Part shown: piece after piece, positions 48,572-57,984 of the stretch
Numbering within the stretch: position 1 is the first letter of the stretch
Layout of the letters: each line of letters starts with the position of its first letter
From: Patescibacteria group bacterium
GTDB lineage: Bacteria > Patescibacteriota > Patescibacteriia > Patescibacteriales > UBA12465
Assembly (NCBI GenBank): GCA_050949505.1
Contig: JBMNFV010000001.1
Span: 158,284-222,283, forward strand
Length of the DNA stretch: 64,000 nt
Direction: 5' to 3'
Program-made: the position numbers and the translations under genes
Notes under the pieces: model-generated
Database searches by the model: none
What the model was told of the DNA's origin: nothing
What the model saw: the letters and a program-made list of their open reading frames with translations, nothing else

Positions 48572-48635
48572 GGGGCTAGAGATAAAGAGATTATCTGATT
48601 TTTTGTAATAATTTATTCACTAATTTGCCTTGACT

Positions 48636-50606
48636 ATGAACATTACAGAGTTGGCTAGAATTTTACGAATTTCCCCTCAAGAGTTGCGCGATTTATTGCC
48701 TCAACTCGGTTTTAGTATTGGTCAAAAGGCGATTAAGGTGGATAACAATACCGCCAAGAAGATTATTAAAGATTGGCCTCGTTTGCGCCGAGATTGGGAA
48801 CGACAGAAGGCGGCGGCGGAAATTAAAAAGCAAGATGAAGTTTTGCCTAAAGAAAAGAAAACTATTCTCATTCCAGCAGTGATTACCGTCAGGGACTATG
48901 CGGAGATAGCCGGTATTCCCGTTAATCGGGTCTTAGCGGAACTAATTAGAAATGGGGTTTTTACGTCTATTAATGAAAAGATAGACTTTGATACAGCGAT
49001 GATTGTTGGTGAAGGCCTTAATTTGGATGTTCAAGAAGCGGCTGAAGAGGAGGGAGAAAGTGTTGTGGAGGAAACAAAGTTGGCTGACATTTTAGCCCAA
49101 GAAGACCAGTCGGACTTGCAAGACAGGGCGCCAGTGGTGGTCGTGATGGGACACGTTGACCATGGTAAAACTAAGTTATTAGATTCTATTCGTAATACTA
49201 ATATTATTTCTGATGAAGCTGGAGGAATCACTCAGCATATTGGTGCTTATCAAATTACTAGAAACGATAGAGCCCTAACCTTTATTGACACTCCTGGACA
49301 CGAAGCCTTTACCGCTATGCGTAGCCGGGGAGCCAAGATTGCGGATATTGCTATTTTAGTTGTGGCGGCTGATGATGGAGTTAAACAACAGACGGTGGAA
49401 GCCTTTAGAATAATTGAGGCTGCTAAAATCCCCTATTTAGTGGCGATCAATAAGATTGATAAGGATACCGCTGATGTTAATCGGGTTATGCAGGAGCTAT
49501 CTACTCAGTTAAATATTACCCCTGAAGACTGGGGTGGAAAAACCATTTGTTCACCGATTTCTGCTAAAGAGGGAACGGGGATAGAGGAGTTATTAGATAT
49601 GGTGTTATTATTAGCCGATGCTGAGGCTAGTAGTTTAAAGGCTAATCCCTTAGCAGAAGCGGCCGGAACAGTAATTGAGTCCAATGTAGACAAAGCGGTT
49701 GGCCCACTAGCAACCATTCTTATTCAAAATGGCACCTTGCGAGTGGGAGATCAATTATGTTATGAGGGAGTTATTTATGGCAAAGTTAGAGCTCTTAAGA
49801 ATTATCGGGGTGAAGATTTAACTGAGGCTGGTCCAGCTACACCAGTTAAGGTTTTAGGATTAAAGATCTCACCTAGTATCGGAGATATTTTAAGTGTTGG
49901 TGAGGGGGAGAAGTTAAAAATTAGAAAGATCAGAGCTGCCGCTCAACCAAGTAGTCCGGTGCTGACAGATGGCGAAAACGTTGATGAAAACATCCCAGCA
50001 GTTAAGGTGGTTATTAAGGCAGACTTCCTAGGTTCTGCTGAGGCAGTTGAGGAGTCGCTAATGAAGCTTAATAGCGAGCGAGTCCGGGTCAAGGTAATTA
50101 GCCGAGGATTGGGCTATATCACCGAAGGAGATGTTAAGCGAGCCGAAGACTCAGGAGCAATTATTCTTGGCTTTAATGTCCGGTTATCACCAGCTATGGA
50201 AACTCTCATTCGTGAACGCCAGGTGACCGCTAAAACCTTTTCAGTAATTTATGATTTAATTGAATATATTAAGGAAGAGATGCAATTACTAGTCAAGCCA
50301 GAAATTAAGCGAGTAGACTTAGGCCGCTTAAAAGTTCTAGCTATTTTTAGAACCGAGACGGATAGTCAGATAGTGGGTGGCAAGGTCCTAGATGGTGAAA
50401 TAGAGAGCGAGGCGATGATAGAAGTAATGCGCGGTGATGACTTTATTGTCGCTGGCAAGTTAGCTAAATTGCAATCTGGAAAATTAGATGTTAAATCAGT
50501 AGAGAAAGACCAAGAAGCAGGGATTATGTTCTCCGGTGAGCCCTTGATAGAAGAGGGTGACATTTTGAATGTCTATAAAGAGGAGCGGATAATTAACAAG
50601 ATTTAA
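48636..50606 (+). CDS. infB: Translation initiation factor IF-2
   Basis: G-domain motifs [21 protein letters not shown]-terminal domains intact. The start is either ATG 48636 or TTG 48630 (used by the track). Confidence 0.9.
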   Translation: MNITELARILRISPQELRDLLPQLGFSIGQKAIKVDNNTAKKIIKDWPRLRRDWERQKAAAEIKKQDEVLPKEKKTILIPAVITVRDYAEIAGIPVNRVLAELIRNGVFTSINEKIDFDTAMIVGEGLNLDVQEAAEEEGESVVEETKLADILAQEDQSDLQDRAPVVVVMGHVDHGKTKLLDSIRNTNIISDEAGGITQHIGAYQITRNDRALTFIDTPGHEAFTAMRSRGAKIADIAILVVAADDGVKQQTVEAFRIIEAAKIPYLVAINKIDKDTADVNRVMQELSTQLNITPEDWGGKTICSPISAKEGTGIEELLDMVLLLADAEASSLKANPLAEAAGTVIESNVDKAVGPLATILIQNGTLRVGDQLCYEGVIYGKVRALKNYRGEDLTEAGPATPVKVLGLKISPSIGDILSVGEGEKLKIRKIRAAAQPSSPVLTDGENVDENIPAVKVVIKADFLGSAEAVEESLMKLNSERVRVKVISRGLGYITEGDVKRAEDSGAIILGFNVRLSPAMETLIRERQVTAKTFSVIYDLIEYIKEEMQLLVKPEIKRVDLGRLKVLAIFRTETDSQIVGGKVLDGEIESEAMIEVMRGDDFIVAGKLAKLQSGKLDVKSVEKDQEAGIMFSGEPLIEEGDILNVYKEERIINKI

Positions 50607-50607
50607 T

Positions 50608-50943
50608 ATGTCCAGTCAGGAGAGATTAAATGAACTGTTGTTAGAAGAATTAGCCCCCATTGTTAATCGTGAAGTTGGCCTGGCTAATAGCTTGATAACA
50701 GTTAGTTATGTAGATTGTTCGCCAGACCTTAAACAGGCTAAGGTGGGTATCTCAGTTTTACCAGACCAATTAGCGGGCACAGCTCTGCGACAACTCAAGG
50801 CTACTACAGGAGCAATTGTTAATATTTTAAAAAAACGCCTACCACTGAGACGTTTACCACACTTTACCTGGGTTTTTGATGCCAGTGAAAAAGAAGCTAG
50901 TCGGATTAGTGAGTTAATAACTAAGGCCAATAGGGAGGAATAG
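50608..50943 (+). CDS. rbfA: Ribosome-binding factor A
   Basis: 111 aa. Immediately follows infB. Contains the RbfA-like block ITVSYVDCSPDLKQAKVGISV and LRRLPHFTWVFD. Confidence 0.8.
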   Translation: MSSQERLNELLLEELAPIVNREVGLANSLITVSYVDCSPDLKQAKVGISVLPDQLAGTALRQLKATTGAIVNILKKRLPLRRLPHFTWVFDASEKEASRISELITKANREE

Positions 50944-50959
50944 TTAAAATTTATCAATT

Positions 50960-50990
50960 TAGTCCAGACTTTAGGGTCTGGACTTTTTTG
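50960..50990 (+). terminator. Terminator after rbfA
   Basis: AGTCCAGAC / GTCTGGACT perfect 9-bp stem followed by TTTTTT. Confidence 0.8.
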
Positions 50991-51032
50991 TTATTATCTA
51001 GTAAGATACGAGGTTAATTGATTGGAGAAGAT

Positions 51033-52049
51033 ATGAATTTTAGAGAAAAACTACAACTAGCTTATCAAAAAATTAGAGCGAGTAATAAGATTTTACTTGT
51101 TAGCCACCTGTCGCCTGATGCTGACGCTTTGGCATCAATCGGAGCTATGATTGAGGTGCTTAAAAAAGAAAACAAAAGCTGGTTTGCCTTTGCCAAGGGT
51201 AAGCCGACGGGGGTCTATAAGTTTATTAACAATGAACAGCTAATTTCGGCTACCGCCCCAAAGAGCTTATTAGACTTTGATCTAATTATTATCCTAGACT
51301 GTGGTTCAATAGCCAGAACAGGCCTAGAGCCAGAGATTAGAGAGCTATTAACATTAAGAGCGGCCAGGATTAAAAAGAAACCGTATTTAATTGAATTTGA
51401 TCACCATCAGCAACAAGAAAGTTATGCTGACTTGGAAATTAGAGAGCCTAAAAAAGCAGCGACGACCGAGATTATCTATCATTTTCTCTTGGCTAATCAA
51501 CTGGAAATTACTAAACCCTTAGCTAATTGTATTCTTATCGGTCTAATGACTGATACGGGGCACTTTTTACACGCCAATGCCTCCCGCGAAGCGCTGGCGA
51601 TTGCTTCAGAAATGTTGCTCTTTGGTGCTTCCTTGCCGAAGATAATTAACAAGACAGTTCATAACAAAAGCTTTTCTTCCCTAAAGCTTTGGGGCAAGGT
51701 GCTGGAGAGAATGAAATATAATGATCAGACTGGCCTATTAATTGTTGGCTTAAGTCAGGCAGATTTGCGCCAAATATTTTCCCCTCAAGAGCAGTCAGCC
51801 AAGGCTGATTTGTTTGGTGACATTATATCTTTCCTAAGCTATTTATCAGGAGTGCAAGTTGCTTTGATGCTACGAGAAGAAGAGGGCTGGGTGCGAGGCA
51901 ACTTAAGAACTACTAGCGATCAGATAGATGTTGCTAAAATAGCGGCTTGGTGGGGAGGTGGTGGTCATCAAAAGGCCGCCGGCTTTGCCCTAAAAGGAAA
52001 ATTAAAAGAAGTGACGGAAGGCTGGACGGTATTAAGGCAGGAGGATTAA
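51033..52049 (+). CDS. nrnA: DHH/DHHA1 phosphoesterase (NrnA-like oligoribonuclease/pAp phosphatase)
   Basis: Motifs: SHLSPDADALAS, ILDCG, FDHH, GGGGHQKAAG. I start at ATG 51033, whereas the track uses TTG 51018. Confidence 0.8.
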   Translation: MNFREKLQLAYQKIRASNKILLVSHLSPDADALASIGAMIEVLKKENKSWFAFAKGKPTGVYKFINNEQLISATAPKSLLDFDLIIILDCGSIARTGLEPEIRELLTLRAARIKKKPYLIEFDHHQQQESYADLEIREPKKAATTEIIYHFLLANQLEITKPLANCILIGLMTDTGHFLHANASREALAIASEMLLFGASLPKIINKTVHNKSFSSLKLWGKVLERMKYNDQTGLLIVGLSQADLRQIFSPQEQSAKADLFGDIISFLSYLSGVQVALMLREEEGWVRGNLRTTSDQIDVAKIAAWWGGGGHQKAAGFALKGKLKEVTEGWTVLRQED

Positions 52050-52061
52050 TGATGAAAGTTT

Positions 52062-52736
52062 TTAAGTTCTTTTTTTGCTATTTTTAAGGCGCCAGGCCTT
52101 AATTTCTTGGTGATTGCCACTAAGCAAAACTTTAGGAACCGAATGTTTTTTATTATCCGCAACAAACACTTCCGGCCGAGTATATTGTGGATATTCGTTA
52201 ATACCTGCGAGTGAATGGGACTCTTCCAGCAGGCTAGCTTCATTGCCCAGTACGCCAGGTAGTAGGCGAGTGATAGAATCAATCATCACTAGGGCGGGCA
52301 ATTCGCCGCCAGTTAAAACGTAGTCGCCAATAGAGATTTCTTCATCAATAAAATGCCTAATTCGGGCATCAACGCCCTCATAGCGACCACAGATAAAGAC
52401 TAACTCGTCTAGTTGGCTATATTTTTTAGCTAGAGATTGACTCCAATTCTTTCCGGAAGCGGATAATAATATTACTTTTCGCTTCTTTTTGTTAGACACT
52501 GAACTAGACTTCTTAATCTCTTTTAGCGCTTGGTAGAGTGGCTCTATTTTCATCAACATTCCCGCCCCACCACCATAGGGAGTATCATCAACTGTTTGAT
52601 GCTTGTCAGTGGTGTAGTGGCGAAGATTGTGAGTCTTAACCTTGATTATTTTCTTTTCCTGAGCACGCTTAAGAATGCTCTCATTGAGATAGCTGGTAAA
52701 GATGTCAGGGAAGATGCTAATTAAATGAAATTTCAT
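52062..52736 (-). CDS. trmD: tRNA (guanine37-N1)-methyltransferase
   Basis: 224 aa. Motifs: DDTPYGGGAGMLM, CGRYEGVDARI, IGDYVLTGGELPA. Confidence 0.9.
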   Translation of the reverse strand: MKFHLISIFPDIFTSYLNESILKRAQEKKIIKVKTHNLRHYTTDKHQTVDDTPYGGGAGMLMKIEPLYQALKEIKKSSSVSNKKKRKVILLSASGKNWSQSLAKKYSQLDELVFICGRYEGVDARIRHFIDEEISIGDYVLTGGELPALVMIDSITRLLPGVLGNEASLLEESHSLAGINEYPQYTRPEVFVADNKKHSVPKVLLSGNHQEIKAWRLKNSKKRT

Positions 52737-52808
52737 AATATTTTAACTACTATTCTATTATAACAAAAAAGTGCCGGTTTGACCCGACACTTTTTCTGTC
52801 TAGATAGT

Positions 52809-53138
52809 TTAGATATCCAAATCGTCAATAGCGGAAGTATCAATTTCTTCCCGAACCTCACGAGGTTCACGAGTTGATTGGCGATTGCCTCCCTCTGGGT
52901 CGTAAATCTTAAGATTAACGCGAGAGTTATTCTTAGCACCAACAATTTTTAACAAGGTGCGAATCGCTTGAGCAGTTTGCCCTTTGCGACCGATAACATA
53001 GCCCATGTCGGCGGGATTGATTTTAAGAGTCAATAAGACTCCTCGTTCGTCAATCGCCCTATCGACGACAACATCGTCAGGATTGCCAACGATTTGCTTC
53101 ACCACAGTTTCTAAAAACTGTTTGTCTTGTTCTACCAT
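52809..53138 (-). CDS. KH-domain RNA-binding protein (KhpA/YlqC-like)
   Basis: 109 aa. GXXG motif in VIGRKGQTAQAIRTLL. Sits between rpsP and trmD, as in many bacteria. Confidence 0.8.
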   Translation of the reverse strand: MVEQDKQFLETVVKQIVGNPDDVVVDRAIDERGVLLTLKINPADMGYVIGRKGQTAQAIRTLLKIVGAKNNSRVNLKIYDPEGGNRQSTREPREVREEIDTSAIDDLDI

Positions 53139-53225
53139 ACGTTTAGTTTTTAATGTTATTAGCTCTGCCTAAGTAGCAGACTTAGATATAATTATAGCAA
53201 AGAACCGGGATTTGTCAATAAAGGT

Positions 53226-53723
53226 CTATTGGTCCTCTTGAGGAGTCTCCTCAACCTCAGCATCCTCTTCTTTAGGAGCCTCTTCAGTCTTAGCGACCTC
53301 CTCCTTAGGGGCTTCCTCAGTTTCAACACCTTCTTTAGCTGGTTCCTCAGAAACAGTTTCCTCAACAGGAGCTTCGGTATTAGCGCTAGAAGCCGCTTCG
53401 GTGGCTTGCTTCTTATCCGCTTTGGCCTTAGCTTGATTAGCTCGTTTTTCACTAACCTTGCCCGGCTTAGAGGCGACTACCTTTTTTCCTTCAATAATCT
53501 TCTTTTCAACTAATAGGTTGTTAACGGTATTAGTCATTTGGGCTCCCTTAGATAGCCAGTAATTTATCCGATCTGATTTGGCTAGCAATTCCTTGGTGTG
53601 AGGGTTATAGGAACCAAGAATTTCTAAGGCTCGACCATAAGGATCACGACTTTTTTCCGAAATGATTAAACGGAACATTTTTTTATTAGTTTTTCCTGTT
53701 TGTGACAATTTAATTGTTAGCAT
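53226..53723 (-). CDS. rpsP: 30S ribosomal protein S16 with a long acidic C-terminal extension
   Basis: 165 aa. N-terminal ~80 aa is S16-like (MLTIKLSQTGKTNKKMFRLIISEKSRDPYGRALEILGSYNP). The rest is E/A/K/P-rich with EEAPKEE repeats. Confidence 0.9.
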   Translation of the reverse strand: MLTIKLSQTGKTNKKMFRLIISEKSRDPYGRALEILGSYNPHTKELLAKSDRINYWLSKGAQMTNTVNNLLVEKKIIEGKKVVASKPGKVSEKRANQAKAKADKKQATEAASSANTEAPVEETVSEEPAKEGVETEEAPKEEVAKTEEAPKEEDAEVEETPQEDQ

Positions 53724-53801
53724 AAGCTTATTCTGAATTAATTTCTTATTATTTATCTGCGAGCAATATTATCTTAATTAAGACAAAAAGTCAACCAAGA
53801 T

Positions 53802-56099
53802 TTAGCGATCAGCTTTAAAGCCACGATGACGACCACCTTGGTCACGGCGGTTGTTGTAGCTGGGTTTTTTGTTAAACCCTAAACGTCCTCCAAAGTTTTG
53901 TCCTGTAGACTTTCCTTTTTCGTCTTGCCAATAATGAGAGTTCTCACTCAAGTCTTTCATGCTGAGATTAATTCTCCCTTGCTCATCAATTTCCCTGATC
54001 TTTACAGTCACTTGATCGCCAATATTTAATAGGCTATCAGGGCTATCTACGCGATAGGGAGCTAATTCACTAACATGAACCAAACCATCTTGACTGGAGT
54101 TAAGGGCAACAAAGGCGCCAAAGTCTAAGAGACGAACCACCTTACCAGTAACTACTTCTCCAACCTCAAAGACATGAACTATTTCTTTTATCTCTTCAAT
54201 CGCCTGGCTAACCATAGCTGCTTCAGTTCCACAAACCATTACCAAGCCATCATCTTCAATATCAATACTAACTCCAGTTTCAGCAATGATGCGGTTAATG
54301 ACCTTTCCTCCGGGACCGATAATTAAGCCAATCTTCTCAGGGTAAACAGAGAAGCTCACAATGGATGGAGCGTAAGGTGATAGTTCAGGGCGAGGGGCAG
54401 GAAGGGCTTCAGTTATGGTGGCGAGAATATGGTTTAGGGCCTGGCGACCTTGGCTAAGAGTTTGGCGAATAATCTCTTCGTCTAAGCCAATAGTTTTAGT
54501 GTCTAGTTGAATGGCAGTTAATCCTTGGCTAGTACCAGTAATCTTAAAGTCCATTCCTCCCAAGCCATCCTCAAGGTCCTGAATGTCAGTTAAAACCTTC
54601 CAGTGGCTCATATCGGGCGTTGAGGCTAATCCCATCGCTATGCCAGCTACTGGGCGCTTAATAGGCACTCCAGCGTCCATTAGGGCTAAACTAGAGGCAC
54701 AGGTGGAGGCCATAGAGGAAGAACCATTAGAGCCCAGAGTTTCAGAAACTACCCGAATAGTATAAGGGAAGTCTTCTTTTTTAGGAATAACGGGCATCAG
54801 GGCTTTTTCTGCTAAAGCTCCATGTCCAATTTCTCGTCGACCAACTCCGCGCAAGGGGGAGACTTCACCAACTGAATAAGGGGGGAAGTTATAGTGATGC
54901 ATGTAGCGCTTTTTGCTCGCCCCTTCAATTCCTTCTAGAGATTGCTCTAGTCCAGGGGCACCGAGGGTGATAATGGACATGACTTGAGTTTCTCCCCGAG
55001 AGAAGAGCGAAGAACCATGAACCCGGGGCAAGATAGCGACATCAGCTACTAAATCTCTAACTTGGTCTAGTTTTCTTAAATCAACTCGGTGGTCTTTTTC
55101 TAAAATTGCTTTAGTGATCTCGGCCTCAACCAGAGTGTCAACTAAATTCTTTATCACGTAAGCCCGATCAGCTCGGTCAGCCTCAAGAGAGAAGAGATAT
55201 TTATTCAATTGATCCTTGATCTCACTAATGGCTAGCTTCCGTTCACGCTTAGTGTAATAGGTTTCATCAAATAGAATATTGGCAGCCTTTTCTTCTAACC
55301 AAGCAGTGCCTTTTTTAATTAATTCCTGTTTAAATTTTTCCGCCTCTAGTTCAGCAGGAGATTTAAGAGGAGGGTAAACAGTTTTCTCTTTAGGGAGAAT
55401 AGCTTTTTTCAATTCATTGATTAAGGCCAAAGATTCGGTTAATGACTTTTGGCCAGCCATAATAGCTTTGGCCATAATTTCCTCAGAAACTTCATTAGCT
55501 CCAGCTTCAATCATCAAGATCCGCTCGGCGGTACCAGCGACAATCAAGTCTAGGTCACTAAGGGCTTGTTGTTCATAGTTAGGGTTGAAGACAAATTGTC
55601 CATCAATCAGACCAACTCTAATACCTGAGATTGGTCCAGCCCACTCCACTCCAGAAATTGATAGCGCCGCGGAAGCAGCGATCAGCGAGACAATATCGTA
55701 GTCATTCTCACCATCAACAGCGAGAACGGAGATAATTACCTGCACATCCCGACGGTCAGCTTGATTGAAGAGGGGTCTAATTGAGCGATCAATCATTCGG
55801 CCAGTTAAAACTGACTGGTCACTAGGGCGACCTTCGCGCTTGATCCACTGTGACCCCTTAATCATTCCCGCGGCGTATAGTTTTTCCTCAAAGTCTACCA
55901 TTAGCGGGAAGAAATCAACTCCTTCGCGCTCAGTTTTGCTTTGAACGACATTAGCCATCACCACGGTCTCGCCATATTGGACGAGAACAGAGGCATCGGC
56001 TTGTAGGGCGAGGCGCCCGGTAGTAATAGTTAGCTCTTGGCCCAACCAGTGGGTCTTAAATACCTGTTCTTTATTCATATTTTTCTTTATCTGGGCCAT
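53802..56099 (-). CDS. pnp: Polynucleotide phosphorylase
   Basis: Two RNase PH domains, then KH (IIGPGGKVINRI) and S1 (GKVVRLLDFGAFV) domains, and a basic tail. I start at ATG 56099, whereas the track uses TTG 56102. Confidence 0.95.
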   Translation of the reverse strand: MAQIKKNMNKEQVFKTHWLGQELTITTGRLALQADASVLVQYGETVVMANVVQSKTEREGVDFFPLMVDFEEKLYAAGMIKGSQWIKREGRPSDQSVLTGRMIDRSIRPLFNQADRRDVQVIISVLAVDGENDYDIVSLIAASAALSISGVEWAGPISGIRVGLIDGQFVFNPNYEQQALSDLDLIVAGTAERILMIEAGANEVSEEIMAKAIMAGQKSLTESLALINELKKAILPKEKTVYPPLKSPAELEAEKFKQELIKKGTAWLEEKAANILFDETYYTKRERKLAISEIKDQLNKYLFSLEADRADRAYVIKNLVDTLVEAEITKAILEKDHRVDLRKLDQVRDLVADVAILPRVHGSSLFSRGETQVMSIITLGAPGLEQSLEGIEGASKKRYMHHYNFPPYSVGEVSPLRGVGRREIGHGALAEKALMPVIPKKEDFPYTIRVVSETLGSNGSSSMASTCASSLALMDAGVPIKRPVAGIAMGLASTPDMSHWKVLTDIQDLEDGLGGMDFKITGTSQGLTAIQLDTKTIGLDEEIIRQTLSQGRQALNHILATITEALPAPRPELSPYAPSIVSFSVYPEKIGLIIGPGGKVINRIIAETGVSIDIEDDGLVMVCGTEAAMVSQAIEEIKEIVHVFEVGEVVTGKVVRLLDFGAFVALNSSQDGLVHVSELAPYRVDSPDSLLNIGDQVTVKIREIDEQGRINLSMKDLSENSHYWQDEKGKSTGQNFGGRLGFNKKPSYNNRRDQGGRHRGFKADR

Positions 56100-56186
56100 C
56101 AAATTACAGAACTGTAGTGATACAGTGCTATCTATTTAATGGCCAGATTAATTATTAATTAATTATTTTTTATTAAATTTTATTAT

Positions 56187-56696
56187 TTATTTTTTACGAC
56201 TATAGATTAAAAACTTTTTACTGCTACTTAAGTCTATATAGTCATCAGCTTCTTCAATTAAGCGAGAAGAGCAAGTTTTTCTAAAGGCCATAATCTCTAC
56301 CAAGCAACCCTTGTTGTTCTGAAGGTAGGAGATCAGGGGCAGGTAGTCGCCATCACCAGAGACAATGACAATTACGTCTAGCTTGTCAGCTAATTTAATC
56401 GCATCAATAGCGATCCCTACATCCCAGTCAGCCTTTTTACTGCCACCAGCAAAAATTTGTAAGTCTTTCATCTTAACCTCAAAACCTTGTTGCCCCAAGG
56501 CTTCTACAAAGGGAGCCTCATCTTGATTTTCTGTCCGAATAGCATAAGCAGTGGCCCGAATTAATTTTCGCCCAGCCACTGCTCTGCTTAAAATTTCCTT
56601 AAAATTAACTTTCTGGTTATAGAGGTTCTTAGCAGAATGGTACATGTTAGAAACATCTACCAAAACGCCAATTCGTTGTTCTTCGTGCTTAATCAT
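56187..56696 (-). CDS. NYN-domain (LabA/DUF88-like, PIN-related nuclease fold) protein
   Basis: 169 aa. Motifs: RIGVLVDVSNMYHS, KKADWDVGIAIDA, VIVSGDGDYLPL. Confidence 0.75.
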   Translation of the reverse strand: MIKHEEQRIGVLVDVSNMYHSAKNLYNQKVNFKEILSRAVAGRKLIRATAYAIRTENQDEAPFVEALGQQGFEVKMKDLQIFAGGSKKADWDVGIAIDAIKLADKLDVIVIVSGDGDYLPLISYLQNNKGCLVEIMAFRKTCSSRLIEEADDYIDLSSSKKFLIYSRKK

Positions 56697-56703
56697 CGTA
56701 AGT

Positions 56704-57081
56704 TTATTTTACCGCCTCTAAAGCCTCGTCGCCATCTTCTTCTTCAGTTTCTTCGGGGCTAACGTAACCCTTTTCTTTCTTTAACTCTTCTTCCTCCTCT
56801 TCGGTCATCTTTTGAGCAATTTTGAGCTTTAATTTAGAGGCTAAGTCTAGAAATTGCTCATTATTTTCCTTTTGTAGATACTTAAGAAGCTTACGTCGCT
56901 CACCAACTTTTTTTAATAATCCACGGCGAGAAGAGAAGTCATGTTTGTGCACCTTGAGGTGCTCGGTTAAGTCTTTGATCTCTTCAGTTAGGATGGCAAT
57001 TTGCACCTGAGGTGAACCAGTATCGGTCTCGTGAGTCCGATACTTTTTAATTATTTTTTCTTTAGTCTTTTTTTCCAACAT
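56704..57081 (-). CDS. rpsO: 30S ribosomal protein S15 with an acidic C-terminal extension
   Basis: 125 aa. S15 core [49 protein letters not shown], then ~35 aa rich in E/D. Confidence 0.9.
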   Translation of the reverse strand: MLEKKTKEKIIKKYRTHETDTGSPQVQIAILTEEIKDLTEHLKVHKHDFSSRRGLLKKVGERRKLLKYLQKENNEQFLDLASKLKLKIAQKMTEEEEEELKKEKGYVSPEETEEEDGDEALEAVK

Positions 57082-57145
57082 AAAATTTTGGCTCTATCCG
57101 AGATTAGGGCTTAATCCCTAAACCCAGTAAAGAGTCATTAGTTAA

Positions 57146-57406
57146 TTATTTTAGAGTATTAATTTTTTTCATTAACCGAGACTTTTTACGAGCCGCGGTA
57201 TTTTTTTTGATAATTCCTTTTTTAGCCGCCTTATCAATTACCTGCACAGTTTGTCGGTAGTCTTCTTTGGCTTGATTATCTCCAGCGGCAATCTGTTTTA
57301 AGTTATTTTTAGTGAGACGCTTTAACTTAACAGAAACTTGCTTGTTAGCGGCCTTACGCTTAATATTTTTACGTAATTCTTTTTCCGCCGATTTCTTATT
57401 TGGCAT
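57146..57406 (-). CDS. rpsT: 30S ribosomal protein S20
   Basis: 86 aa. MPNKKSAEKELRKNIKRKAANK.., a basic helical protein of S20 length and pattern. Confidence 0.85.
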   Translation of the reverse strand: MPNKKSAEKELRKNIKRKAANKQVSVKLKRLTKNNLKQIAAGDNQAKEDYRQTVQVIDKAAKKGIIKKNTAARKKSRLMKKINTLK

Positions 57407-57516
57407 ACTGAAATTTCTAAGATTAATTAATTAAAAGTAAGAGAATGGTAGCATAATCATAAAAAAAAATCAAGAGGGGAGAAAAAGGACTAACTGTCAT
57501 AAAAGTTATTAGGAAA

Positions 57517-57544
57517 CTAAAAATACCGCCTAGCGGTATTTTTA
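57517..57544 (-). terminator. Terminator downstream of the minus-strand tRNA cluster
   Basis: ATACCGC / GCGGTAT stem. The A5 run on the plus strand gives a U-run on the minus-strand transcript. Confidence 0.65.
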
Positions 57545-57548
57545 GATG

Positions 57549-57623
57549 TCGGGGTGGAGAGATTCGAACTCTCGATCTCCTGGTCCCAAACCAGGCGCCT
57601 TAGACCAACTGGGCCACACCCCG
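57549..57623 (-). tRNA. tRNA-Pro (anticodon TGG)
   Basis: Reverse complement reads CGGGGTG..CCTGGTTTGGGACCAGG..GGTTCGAATCT..CACCCCGA. Confidence 0.9.
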
Positions 57624-57660
57624 GAAAAAAACTAACCCGACTTGAGCGGGTTAAGTTTTG

Positions 57661-57732
57661 TGCCCCGAGTCAGAATCGAACTGACGACACGAGGATCTTC
57701 AGTCCTCTGCTCTACCACTGAGCTACCGAGGC
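57661..57732 (-). tRNA. tRNA-Phe (anticodon GAA)
   Basis: Reverse complement reads GCCTCGGTAGCTCAGTGGTAGAGC, anticodon arm GAGGACTGAAGATCCTC, T-loop GTTCGATTC. Confidence 0.9.
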
Positions 57733-57758
57733 TTAAGGGTCATCACTTAAGCTACTAG

Positions 57759-57831
57759 TTGCGGGGGTCGGACTCGAACCGACGACCTCCAGGTTATGGG
57801 CCTGGCGAGCTGCCAACTGCTCTACCCCGCG
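57759..57831 (-). tRNA. Initiator tRNA-fMet (anticodon CAT)
   Basis: Reverse complement reads CGCGGGG..CCCCGCAA with a C1xA72 mismatch. A11-U24 pair present. Anticodon arm CCAGG-CCCATAA-CCTGG. Confidence 0.85.
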
Positions 57832-57849
57832 ATAATTTTTCCTTAGAAG

Positions 57850-57923
57850 TGGGCGATGGAGGACTCGAACCTCCGACCTCAACATTATCAGTGTTGCGCT
57901 CTAACCAGCTGAGCTAATCGCCC
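57850..57923 (-). tRNA. tRNA-Ile (anticodon GAT)
   Basis: Reverse complement reads GGGCGATTAGCTCAGCTGGTTAGAGC, anticodon arm CAACACTGATAATGTTG, T-loop GGTTCGAGTCC. Confidence 0.9.
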
Positions 57924-57984
57924 TGAGGAAATTACGAATAAAAATATAACAAATAAAAAACAAAAAGGCAAGCTATTTCACTAA

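Noticed and set aside
48572-48635. AGATAA/TTATCT hairpin followed by a T-run in the infB leader as an attenuator
   Set aside because: The 6-bp stem is entirely A/T plus one G-C pair and is too weak to call without folding energies or conservation.
53192-53513. K/R/L-rich ORFs 53192..53452 (minus) and 53229..53513 (plus)
   Set aside because: They are alternative-frame or antisense readings of the low-complexity acidic tail of rpsP. Repetitive GAA/GAG-rich DNA stays open in several frames.
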